From Mycobacterium celatum (GTDB taxonomy: Bacteria; Actinomycetota; Actinomycetes; Mycobacteriales; Mycobacteriaceae): a stretch of DNA of 32,000 nt. Position 1 is the first letter of the stretch, and the number at the start of each line of letters is the position of its first letter. Below the pieces are notes generated by a model. The model was not told where the DNA came from. It saw nothing but the letters and a program-made list of their open reading frames with translations, and ran no database searches. Shown here one piece after another: positions 14,482-22,387 of this stretch. The position numbers were made by a program, and so were the translations under genes. The stretch is taken from NCBI RefSeq assembly GCF_002101595.1, contig NZ_LQOM01000014.1, positions 137,539 through 169,538 of the forward strand, given 5' to 3'.

Positions 14482-14823
14482 CTGATGAAAACCGAGTACT
14501 TCACTTGACATAATGTCGCTTATCGGTACAAAAAGGTAGCGAGTTGCCCTGTGCCTCAATCCCTTTGAACTAACAGCAGTGGTACATGTTGTCCTTTCTC
14601 AGCGGATCTTCGTTTTCTCACTGTTCCTGCGCCGGGCCGATCATCCTTCTCACTGATTCTGGTGTCGCGGGGTGTGTCAAACGCCGGCGCGATCATCACC
14701 GACGACGGCCACCGAACTCATCCGTGACCGGCTGCTCAAAACCACCTCGCGTACCCGTCGATCGCCCGTCCACCTCCATGACCCGCGGTCCGAGCTGACC
14801 TGTCGCCCCCGACACTTTGTGGC

Positions 14824-14829
14824 TATAAT
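14824..14829 (+). promoter_or_regulatory. Candidate -10 hexamer (TATAAT) for the phd-vapC operon
   Basis: A perfect TATAAT lies 41 nt upstream of GTG 14871. Only a weak -35 (TGTCGC) is present at 17-nt spacing. Confidence 0.3.
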
Positions 14830-14870
14830 ACGATTCAGGAAGATGGCCACTTTGGAAGAGGGGGGTTGTC

Positions 14871-15125
14871 GTGGAGATTGGCATTCGGGAGCTGCGTGAC
14901 CAGTTGAGCCGGCACCTGGCCGAGGTTCGCGAAGGGCGAACCGTGACCGTGACTGATCACGGACGTCCAATTGCGCGCATCGTGCCGGTACAACGGCCGA
15001 CGAAACTCGAGCGCCTCCGCGAGGAAGGCCGTATCCAGCGCGCTCGAACCCGTAAGCAGCCCGCACCGACCCCGCTGACCACCGGCAGCACGGTCAGCGA
15101 CCTGGTCGGCGAGCAGCGTCGGTGA
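14871..15125 (+). CDS. vapB: Phd/YefM-type antitoxin (VapB of a VapBC pair)
   Basis: (M)EIGIRELRDQLSRHLAEVREGRTVTVTDHGRPIARIVPV is the classic Phd/YefM N-terminus. It starts at a GTG preceded by GAGGGGGG, and its stop overlaps the GTG of vapC (GTGA). Confidence 0.85.
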   Translation: MEIGIRELRDQLSRHLAEVREGRTVTVTDHGRPIARIVPVQRPTKLERLREEGRIQRARTRKQPAPTPLTTGSTVSDLVGEQRR

Positions 15126-15568
15126 TCGGCTACCTGGACACCGCAGCCTTCGTACCTCTGCTGATCGACGAGCCAACCAGCCAGGCGTGCCGACGGTTCT
15201 GGGATGACGCCGATGTGATCGTGTCGTCGAGGCTGCTCTACGCTGAAACCGCAGCAGCCCTCGCACAAGCGGAGCAAATGGGGCGCCTCACCGAGGCCGA
15301 GCATCCCCAGGCCCGCCGACGTCTTGACCAGATGTGGTCCGAGATGGACGTCATTGAGGTGGACGAGCACGTCGTGACCCGTGCGGCTGACCTGGCGCAC
15401 CGCTTAGCTCTGCGCGGCTACGATGCTGTGCACGCCGCATCGGCCGAGCAACTCGATGACGACGATGTTGCAGCCGCGTCCGGAGACCAGGCGCTGCTGA
15501 CCGCATGGATGGAACTCGGCATGGCAACCTACGACACCAACCAGAAGGCGAAACGCGAACCGGAGTAG
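15122..15568 (+). CDS. vapC: PIN-domain VapC toxin
   Basis: (M)IGYLDTAAFVPLLIDE...SSRLLYAETAAAL...RGYDAVHAASAEQL...LLTAW shows the PIN acidic residues in their usual positions. It has a 4-nt overlap with the antitoxin gene. Confidence 0.85.
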   Translation: MIGYLDTAAFVPLLIDEPTSQACRRFWDDADVIVSSRLLYAETAAALAQAEQMGRLTEAEHPQARRRLDQMWSEMDVIEVDEHVVTRAADLAHRLALRGYDAVHAASAEQLDDDDVAAASGDQALLTAWMELGMATYDTNQKAKREPE

Positions 15569-15912
15569 CCGTCGGCTGGGTTGAACCAGTATGTGGCGGT
15601 GCTTCTGTTCCCTTATCGCAACGAGTGTGCAACTCACTACTCCGCTACGCAGGAACTCGAACCTGTTGGGTCGTGTCCCTCCGGCGGTGTAAAAGAGTTC
15701 GGACGCGGCGCGCCGCCGGCCGAGCTTGTCAGCGCCACCGCATAGAATCATGCACGCAAGCGAGCGGAGCCTACGTCAGGCCACTTTTACACCGCTCATG
15801 GGACGCCACACCCCTGTTGAACACGCACCGTTACCAGTTAAGGTAGCGACTACCGTCATGCGTGCAGACTGCTTCGATGCGGTCCGAATCCTCATTGGTC
15901 AGCTGGGTGCTG

Positions 15913-16243
15913 TCACCGGCCACTGGCTACGAACCTTGCACGGATGAGTGTTAAGGAGTCGTCACCGAACACTTCGGTCGAAAACCGCCCCGAGATGAGG
16001 TCGGTGAGATAGGCGACCAGTCCGTGTGGGTGATAGTCGTTCGTTAGTCCGTCAGCGATGACCACGGCCGCCCAGCCATTGGGATCGTCGCCGTTGATAT
16101 GCTAATAGCCGGTCTCCCGCTCGTCTATGGTGGCTTTTCCCAAACAAAGTGCGGTCTAATCGAATCGGCCACCGCCGCCCGCGAAAGCCAAAGCCTCTTC
16201 CCGGACGTGATCGCCTGTGTGGTGCCGCCCAGGTCGTTCCGGC
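15913..16243 (-). pseudogene. Possible decayed ORF (SMI1/KNR4-SUKH-like?) with two in-frame TAG codons
   Basis: A single minus frame reads ERPGRHHTGDHVREEALAFAGGGGRFD*TALCLGKATIDERETGY*HINGDDPNGWAAVVIADGLTNDYHPHGLVAYLTDLISGRFSTEVFGDDS.... The stops are at 16156-16158 and 16102-16104. The family guess is weak. Confidence 0.25.
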
Positions 16244-16329
16244 TAACCCCGTCCTTCCCCCCCACGGGTCACAGTGATTCGTCACGGTGACGAAACTACC
16301 TGGGCCCCAGCCGCTCTTCGTATGCCGAC

Positions 16330-16746
16330 TTACCGCGTGCCATGGACTTCCACGAAGCCGGCCGCAGCGAAGTCTTGGTCGAACGCTAACGCCTCACGCA
16401 AGCGGCGATCACGCATGACACGAAAGCTCGTCGCATCCACATAGGAGTACACCCGCTCATCATGCTTTCGGAGCCACTCCCACGCCGCCGCGTCTTGCTC
16501 CTCGGTAACGCGGTGCACCACAAGGCGCTCCGCGCTCTGCAACGTATCGAGCCGGTCCAGAAAAGCCAGCGCGGTCCGATGGCTGTCCTTGCGACGCAAG
16601 AAGGTCCACGTCTCGCCAGCGATGAGGTTGGTCGTGAGGATCTGCTCAGAGCGCCCGAGAGCGGCCAGCATGGTCAGTGCGCTGGCGTGCCGGCCATCCC
16701 CCGGCAGCGCCCACGCTACCCACCAACTCGTGTCGGCGAACTTCAC
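16330..16746 (-). CDS. vapC: PIN-domain VapC toxin
   Basis: (M)KFADTSWWVAWALPGDGRHASA...TTNLIAGETWTFL...YSYVDATSFRVMRDRRLREALAFDQDFAAAGF shows PIN-domain motifs. GTG 16746 overlaps the vapB stop (GTGA). Confidence 0.85.
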   Translation of the reverse strand: MKFADTSWWVAWALPGDGRHASALTMLAALGRSEQILTTNLIAGETWTFLRRKDSHRTALAFLDRLDTLQSAERLVVHRVTEEQDAAAWEWLRKHDERVYSYVDATSFRVMRDRRLREALAFDQDFAAAGFVEVHGTR

Positions 16747-16988
16747 GTCCCGTAGACGACGTCGTCGATCTCACCCGGTTGCGCGGAAATCCCCGCCGAA
16801 CCGAATCCGGCGAGAGCGCGCCAAAGGTCATCTGCAGCGGACTCAAGTGGCGGCGAAAGCACGGCACCGAGTCCCACGCGAATGAGCTCGGATTTGGATA
16901 TGCCACGGCGGCGGGCCTCCGCAGTAGCCAGCGCATCGAGCTCCTCCGGAATCGTGATCGTGATCGTCTTCACGTCTTCACTATACAT
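16743..16988 (-). CDS. vapB: Ribbon-helix-helix (CopG-type) VapB antitoxin
   Basis: This is the C-terminal 81 codons of ORF 16743..17150, starting at ATG 16988: MYSEDVKTITITIPEELDALATAEARRRGISKSELIRVGL (an RHH fold), followed by a toxin-binding tail. Confidence 0.8.
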   Translation of the reverse strand: MYSEDVKTITITIPEELDALATAEARRRGISKSELIRVGLGAVLSPPLESAADDLWRALAGFGSAGISAQPGEIDDVVYGT

Positions 16989-17092
16989 ATCCGCCGTTAC
17001 AGCGGCTATGTACTTAGCTGAAAGGTCTTGGCTGTGACGAGCTGCTCTACCTGCGGCGTGACCGCAATCCGTCGAGCGCCGACCCGGTCCCG

Positions 17093-17338
17093 CTACTGCG
17101 GCGGTGGCGGAGGCACGACAGGCTGGCACGCGTTGGCCCCTGGATTCCACCAGTTACCCGCACCGCAATCTGGGGGCGCGGTCGGCTGGCACGCATTGGC
17201 GCCCGGATTCCACCAATTGCCCGGACCGCAATCAGGCGGTTGAGCCGAGGCCACACCAGTCGACACTGCTGCCACGTACGCCATGGGTGCCAATGCCACC
17301 GCGACGGCGCATGCCACGCGGCGGATGAACATGCTCAT
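17093..17338 (-). CDS. Small secreted protein with two tandem 21-aa Cys-loop repeats and a poly-Pro tail
   Basis: MSMFIRRVACAVAVALAPMAYVAAVSTGVASA|Q is a signal peptide, and GGGAGG lies upstream of the ATG. The mature part is PPDCGPGNWWNPGANACQPTA + PPDCGAGNWWNPGANACQPVV + PPPPPQ. The repeat copies differ almost only at synonymous sites. Confidence 0.8.
   Translation of the reverse strand: MSMFIRRVACAVAVALAPMAYVAAVSTGVASAQPPDCGPGNWWNPGANACQPTAPPDCGAGNWWNPGANACQPVVPPPPPQ
17120..17238. repeat. 63-bp tandem duplication (2 copies) inside the small secreted-protein gene
   Basis: Copy A is 17120-17175 and copy B is 17183-17238, giving a 63-nt period. There are 8 differences in 56 aligned nt. On the coding (minus) strand 7 are synonymous and 1 is Pro/Ala. 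Confidence 0.9.
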
Positions 17339-17547
17339 CGAACCCTCCCATCACAAGCGCCCAGCCCAAGCCGGACGTCAGTGGCAGACGACTACCCACA
17401 AGGCCGACTCCGCAATCATCGCTCGGCGCCGACCGACCCGATGAGATACCAGGCCCGCGGATTCGATCCTCAGAAACCAACAGGTCAATCCGCTGCAATG
17501 CGGTCAGATCGCCGATTGTGAGCGATGCCAGGTTAGGATCGCGCAAC

Positions 17548-18525
17548 ATGACCCAAGCAAACGGCGACACAGCGTCCGTGCCTGCACGAGCTGCGGAGGT
17601 CGCCCTCGACGTCAACGGTTCCGGTGTCCAGCCGCCAGTGGCGGGTTGGGTGCGCAGGGCCTTTTGGTTCTTGGAGCGATTTGCACCTGGCCTGGGATCG
17701 CGGTGGGCCGTCGAGCTGTGGTGCACCCCGCCCGTGATCGAGTCAAGCCTGCGTATGCCGCCTGGTGTCCCTGCGGGCGAGCCGTTGGAGGCCTACTGGG
17801 ACGGACACCGGATCGTGGGTGAGTCCTGGGGTGAGGGGCCGCCGGTCTACCTGGTGCACGGGTGGGGTGGTCGTCGTCCGCACTTGGGCATATTCATCAA
17901 CCCGCTCGTCGAGTCAGGGCATCAAGTTATCGCGTTCGACCTGCCCAGTCATAACGAGTCCGACCCGGGCGTGCTCGCGCCCGGCCGCACGACGGCTATC
18001 GAGTGCGCCGAGGCAGTTGCGGCCATCATCCGCACCCACGGGCCGGCCCGGGCCGTCGTCGCCCACTCGCTGGGCGCCAATGCCGTCACCTTCGCAGCGG
18101 CATGGGGGACGCCGGTGGGCCGTTTGGTCTTGCTGGCGCCGATGGGCGAGTTCCCGCTGTACCTCGACCTTTTCGCGGCGCGCCACGGTTTCGGACCGCG
18201 GATCCGCTCGGGTCTGCATCGGCGTCTCGAACGCCGTATCGACATGCCGCTCGAAGAAACCAACATGGTTCGGGTTGCCGCCCGTACCGGCTATCCCCCG
18301 ATGCTGCTCATTCACGACCCCGACGATCTCGACAGTCCCTGGGAGTCGAGCCGCAAGGTTGTCGAGTCGTGGCCGGGCGCACGTTTGATGACCACCCGGG
18401 GGCTCGGCCGGCTGGCGCATTACCGACTTTTGCGCCATCGCCCCGCTATTCGCGCCGCGGTCGACTTCATCGGCCCCGCAACGACCTGCAGCGGCACCGA
18501 CGCTGCGCAAACGCCTGCGACATAG
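17548..18525 (+). CDS. Alpha/beta hydrolase
   Basis: ORF 17518..18525, with ATG at 17548. It shows PPVYLVHGWGG, the nucleophile elbow VVAHSLGANAV, a later IHDPDD, and a C-terminal His (GRLAHYRLL). Confidence 0.85.
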   Translation: MTQANGDTASVPARAAEVALDVNGSGVQPPVAGWVRRAFWFLERFAPGLGSRWAVELWCTPPVIESSLRMPPGVPAGEPLEAYWDGHRIVGESWGEGPPVYLVHGWGGRRPHLGIFINPLVESGHQVIAFDLPSHNESDPGVLAPGRTTAIECAEAVAAIIRTHGPARAVVAHSLGANAVTFAAAWGTPVGRLVLLAPMGEFPLYLDLFAARHGFGPRIRSGLHRRLERRIDMPLEETNMVRVAARTGYPPMLLIHDPDDLDSPWESSRKVVESWPGARLMTTRGLGRLAHYRLLRHRPAIRAAVDFIGPATTCSGTDAAQTPAT

Positions 18526-18538
18526 CGGAGCGCGGTTG

Positions 18539-19351
18539 CTACGGGCTCCGTTGGGGGAACGGGTCATTGGTGAAATCGATCTGCGCTGCCGGATTGGCGA
18601 CCGCAGTGGTCATACCCGATCCGAATGCACCGGATTGATCGAAAAGCGTTGCGGTCCCGACGGCGATCCCGTCTGAGGCCGAATGCGAGTCGGCCTGCAC
18701 ACCGATCCACTCACCAACCGGCAACCGGGCCAGCGCAACGGTCAAGTCGCCGTTGATATAGCCCACACCTTCCGTGCCCAGATTCGTCACCAGGCTGGTC
18801 GCCTCTGCACCCATCACTGCTCGGACGAACTGCGAGTTCTTCTCCCCCGCAACAACTTCGATGGCCCGGTTGTAGAAGCGCTTGCGCGAACCATTCTGGT
18901 GATCGCCCGGTGACCGGCTCCACCCGCCTTCGTCGCTTCCGATCCACGTCAGCGACGTGTCATTCGGCTCAGGCGGGGCCTCGAAGGACATCGGCGCCGT
19001 CCACAACCGGCCCGGTGGCGCAGTCGACCGTCGGTACTGCAGCAGCGTAGCGCGGGCTACCGCTCGTCCTTCTTGACGAACCTCGCATTCTCCACTGCGT
19101 ACCCGTCGACCGTCACGCAACTGTCGCACGTCGACCGACGTCGGCACTCCGCGCGCCGCCCTGAACAAGTCCACCGTCAGCCGCGCGGGCATGAAATCCG
19201 GCGACCCGCAGGAAAGTTCGAGCGCTCGGGCGGCCAACCCGACGACGGCCGGCCCGTTGAGATGGTCGTCGCCCCAGTGACTTTGCGCAAATCGTGTGGG
19301 GATGAATTCGCCGCTTTCGGCCAGAGTGAAATGCGCGGGTTCCGTCGCCAT
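18539..19351 (-). CDS. Acyl-CoA thioesterase-like (double hot-dog, TesB-like) protein
   Basis: ORF 18539..19372, with ATG at 19351 (MATEPAHF). FIPTRFAQSHWGDDHLNGPAVVGLAARALE and the second half ...SLVTNLGTEGVGYINGDLTVALARLPVGEWIGV resemble the thioesterase-like superfamily. The family call is only moderately secure. Confidence 0.6.
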   Translation of the reverse strand: MATEPAHFTLAESGEFIPTRFAQSHWGDDHLNGPAVVGLAARALELSCGSPDFMPARLTVDLFRAARGVPTSVDVRQLRDGRRVRSGECEVRQEGRAVARATLLQYRRSTAPPGRLWTAPMSFEAPPEPNDTSLTWIGSDEGGWSRSPGDHQNGSRKRFYNRAIEVVAGEKNSQFVRAVMGAEATSLVTNLGTEGVGYINGDLTVALARLPVGEWIGVQADSHSASDGIAVGTATLFDQSGAFGSGMTTAVANPAAQIDFTNDPFPQRSP

Positions 19352-19410
19352 TCGGGCATCTTCGCACAGCACTGAGCGTGCTCGGAAACTGTCCAGCGTG
19401 TTCTGAGGGC

Positions 19411-19440
19411 TTGACGGATATATGTAGCGCTCGTTACAGT
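19411..19440 (+). promoter_or_regulatory. Candidate promoter (TTGACG-N18-TACAGT) with an overlapping imperfect palindrome; predicts a leaderless TetR mRNA
   Basis: The -35 is TTGACG at 19411-19416 and the -10 is TACAGT at 19435-19440. GTG 19447 lies 7 nt after the -10. The palindrome TGTAgCGctCGtTACA at 19423-19438 (12 of 16 positions symmetric) overlaps the -10. Confidence 0.35.
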
Positions 19441-19446
19441 AGCGGA

Positions 19447-20076
19447 GTGACCCGGGCTCGGCAAGACACAGGATCGCGGGACCAGTTGCTTGATACCGCC
19501 GAACGGCTGATGGCCGAGAAAGGTTATGCGGCGACGCCGGTTTCGGCGATCTGCAAGGCCGCCGGCGTGCCGGTGACGTCGTTGTACTGGCACTTCGGCA
19601 GCAAGGACGGCCTGCTGGCGTCGGTGATGGAACGCGGGGCCGACCGGTGGTTTGCCGCGCTGCCCCGCTGGGAGGACTTCGACGGGTCCGAGGAACGGCA
19701 CGCCGAGGCCCTGCAGACCCAAGGGGCGGACGCCGTCGCGGCCAATCCGGACTTTTTGCGACTGTTCTACACCCTGGCCATCGAGGGGCAACACGACGCC
19801 GCGGCCGCCGAGACAGTGCAGCGGGTGCGCGGCCACGCGTTGGCCTACTTCCGGTCAGCGATCGAGCATGTTATGACGCCGTTGTGCGACGCCCACACGG
19901 CGCATCGTGCGGCCGAAGATCTTGCCCGCTTCGCCGTCGCGTTCTCCGACGGCTGTTTCTTCGCCTTGCAACTCGAGCCGGAGACCACCGACCTGCGGCA
20001 GATGTATGGCGATCTCTTGACGGCGATCCGCGCGCTGGCGCCCGCCGCCATCAACCGCGCCGCCGAGTCCCGCTAG
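19447..20076 (+). CDS. TetR-family transcriptional regulator
   Basis: ORF 19378..20076, with the start set at GTG 19447. The HTH reads RDQLLDTAERLMAEKGYAATPVSAICKAAGVPVTSLYWHFGSKDGLLASVME. Confidence 0.88.
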   Translation: MTRARQDTGSRDQLLDTAERLMAEKGYAATPVSAICKAAGVPVTSLYWHFGSKDGLLASVMERGADRWFAALPRWEDFDGSEERHAEALQTQGADAVAANPDFLRLFYTLAIEGQHDAAAAETVQRVRGHALAYFRSAIEHVMTPLCDAHTAHRAAEDLARFAVAFSDGCFFALQLEPETTDLRQMYGDLLTAIRALAPAAINRAAESR

Positions 20077-20084
20077 GAGCGAGC

Positions 20085-21461
20085 ATGACCGCGTTCACCG
20101 GAATCCCGTCCACCTATCTCAGCGATGCTCTCGCACCGGTGGCCAGCGAACGCACCGACTGGCACCTCCCGGTCACGGGATCGATTCCGCCTGCGCTCGA
20201 CGGGCTGTATCTGCGCAACGGGCCCAATCCTCCGCCGGTGCCCTACGACGGCCCCTACCACTGGTTTCTGCCCGATGGAATGGTGCACGGCGTGCGGATC
20301 TGCGACGGCCGTGCGCTGTGGTACCGCAATCGGTGGGTGCGTACCGATGCACTTGCCGACAAACTCAGCGTGCCTCGACCGGGCGGACCGCCGGACGTGG
20401 GGCTGCTGCCAAATACGTCCAACACCAGCGTGATTGAGCACGCCGGACACATCCTGACGTTGGCAGAGTGGGGCCTGCCCTACGAACTCGACGAGGAGCT
20501 CGACACCGTCGGCCGCTACGACTTCGACGGACGGCTTCGTGCGCCGATGACCGCTCATCCCAAGATCGATGCCCGCACCGGTGAAATGTATTTCATCAGC
20601 TTCGGTCCGCTGGAGCCGTATCTGCAGTACTTCGTCGTCGACGCCGCCGGCACGCTGACCCGCAGCGAGATCATCGACGTCAAGGGGCCGTCACTGATGC
20701 ATGACTGGGCCATGACCGAAAACCATGTGCTGTTTTTCGATCTGCCGGTTGTCTTCGACGCCGCACACCTGACGACGGCCGGTTTCCCGTACCGCTGGGA
20801 CGACACGTACGGTGCCCGCATCGGTGTGATGCCCAAGTCGGGTACGAGCAGCGACGTACGCTGGTTCGAGGTCGAACCGTGTGTAATCATCCATTCACTC
20901 AACGCTTTTGAAGACGGCTCGACGATCGTGCTGAAGGCACCGCGCTACTCCGAACAGGTCGCCGGCAAATGGAGCGCCGATGTGCTGTCCATCGGCGTCG
21001 GTGCCACGCTGCACCGGTGGCGTATCGACTTGCTCGCCAACACCGTTCGAGAAGACCAACTCGACGACCGCACCTTCGACTTCCCCAAGGTCAATCCGGA
21101 GCTGTTGGGGACGGCTTGCCACGTCGGGTACGGTGTCGCGACCGCATACCGCGACGGACACATGCGGTTCGGGTCGTTGCTCAAATGGGATCTGAACACC
21201 GGAGCCAGTTGCACTCACGACGTCGGCCCGGGCCGGTCGGCCTCCGAAGGCACCTTTGTGCCGAACCCTTCCGGATCCGCCGAGGACAACGGTTGGGTGC
21301 TCAGCTACGTCTACGACCCGGCGCGGGATGCCAGCGACTTGATCGTCATCGACGCCGCCGATTTCACCGGCCCACCGCAGGCAGTCATCGAGCTTCCGCA
21401 GCGCGTGCCGCAGGGATTCCACGGCTGCTGGATTCCGCACAGAGGGGAGTCGACGCCGTGA
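20085..21461 (+). CDS. Carotenoid/apocarotenoid cleavage oxygenase (RPE65/CCO family)
   Basis: This is the in-frame part of ORF 19647..21461, from ATG 20085 (AGGAG 6 nt upstream). It shows LRNGPNP, YHWFLPDGMVHGVRI, MTAHPKID..TGEMYF, MHDWAMTENHVLFFDLP and the C-terminal GFHGCWIP. Confidence 0.9.
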   Translation: MTAFTGIPSTYLSDALAPVASERTDWHLPVTGSIPPALDGLYLRNGPNPPPVPYDGPYHWFLPDGMVHGVRICDGRALWYRNRWVRTDALADKLSVPRPGGPPDVGLLPNTSNTSVIEHAGHILTLAEWGLPYELDEELDTVGRYDFDGRLRAPMTAHPKIDARTGEMYFISFGPLEPYLQYFVVDAAGTLTRSEIIDVKGPSLMHDWAMTENHVLFFDLPVVFDAAHLTTAGFPYRWDDTYGARIGVMPKSGTSSDVRWFEVEPCVIIHSLNAFEDGSTIVLKAPRYSEQVAGKWSADVLSIGVGATLHRWRIDLLANTVREDQLDDRTFDFPKVNPELLGTACHVGYGVATAYRDGHMRFGSLLKWDLNTGASCTHDVGPGRSASEGTFVPNPSGSAEDNGWVLSYVYDPARDASDLIVIDAADFTGPPQAVIELPQRVPQGFHGCWIPHRGESTP

Positions 21462-22387
21462 CCACACCCAACTCCGCCCTGATCACCGGCGGTACCGGCA
21501 GTCTGGGTTACCGCACCGCGAAACTGCTTGCCCAAGACGGCTGGTCGGTGGTCATCACCGGCCGAAACGCGGCGGGCGCCGCGAAAACGGCCGAGGATCT
21601 CGCGCACCAGTCCGGCAGCGAGGTGACCGGCTTGCCACTGGATTTGACGTCGCTCGACGACGTCCGGCGATTCGCCAGCGACCTGACCAACCGTGGTTTG
21701 TCGCCGTTGCGCGCGCTTGTCTGCAACGCAGGTATCCAACTCGTGTCGGGCGACAGCCGTACCGGCGACGGGATGGACACGACGTTCGTCGTCAACCACC
21801 TGGCCCAATTTCTGCTGATCCACCTGCTCCTGCCGGAAATGGTGACGCCGGGGCGGATCGTGCTGGTAGCCAGCGATACTCACGATCCCGCTCGGCACAC
21901 CGGCATGCCCGCACCCCATTACACCGACGCGCGCTCGTTGGCCTATCCCCCAGCCGACGACACTGACGACGCGGCGCTCACCGGACGCCGGCGCTACACC
22001 ACGTCGAAGCTGTGCAATGTGCTGACAACCTATGAGCTCGACAGGCGGTTGGCGGCCGGTGAATTGGGTCCGGCATGCGTCACCGTCAACGCATTCGATC
22101 CAGGCCTGATGCCGGGAACCGGGCTGGCCCGCGACTATTCGGGTATCCAGGCATTCGCGTGGCGCTACCTACTGCCGGCGCTGACGGTGGTACCGGGCAT
22201 CAACGTGCATACTCCGGCCCAATCGGCCCGGGCGCTGGCCCGGCTCGTCACTGACCCGGCTCTGGAACACACGTCCGGCCGCTACTTTTCGGGTAGGCGT
22301 GAGACCCGCTCGTCGGCCGACTCCTACGACCGCGCCAAAGCGGCCGACCTGTGGGACGCCAGCATGGAGTTGGCCGGCCTGCGCTAG
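21458..22387 (+). CDS. Short-chain dehydrogenase/reductase (retinol/protochlorophyllide-reductase-like SDR)
   Basis: This is the in-frame part of ORF 20969..22387, from GTG 21458, which overlaps the CCO stop (GTGA). It shows ALITGGTGSLG (TGxxxGxG), NAG, and the catalytic YTTSK (YxxxK). Confidence 0.88.
   Translation: MTTPNSALITGGTGSLGYRTAKLLAQDGWSVVITGRNAAGAAKTAEDLAHQSGSEVTGLPLDLTSLDDVRRFASDLTNRGLSPLRALVCNAGIQLVSGDSRTGDGMDTTFVVNHLAQFLLIHLLLPEMVTPGRIVLVASDTHDPARHTGMPAPHYTDARSLAYPPADDTDDAALTGRRRYTTSKLCNVLTTYELDRRLAAGELGPACVTVNAFDPGLMPGTGLARDYSGIQAFAWRYLLPALTVVPGINVHTPAQSARALARLVTDPALEHTSGRYFSGRRETRSSADSYDRAKAADLWDASMELAGLR

Noticed and set aside
15635-15665. tRNA T-arm-like sequence (minus strand CAGGTTCGAGTTCCTG)
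   Set aside because: It forms only a 4-bp stem with an 8-nt loop. No complementary acceptor stem lies at the expected distance, and no D or anticodon arm exists. At most it is a relic of a tRNA-derived att site, and I could not support even that.
19647-20084. Upstream extensions of the CCO (from 19647) and SDR (from 20969) ORFs
   Set aside because: The extensions overlap the TetR and CCO genes in other frames. The internal starts (ATG 20085 with AGGAG; GTG 21458 in a GTGA overlap) give canonical N-termini.
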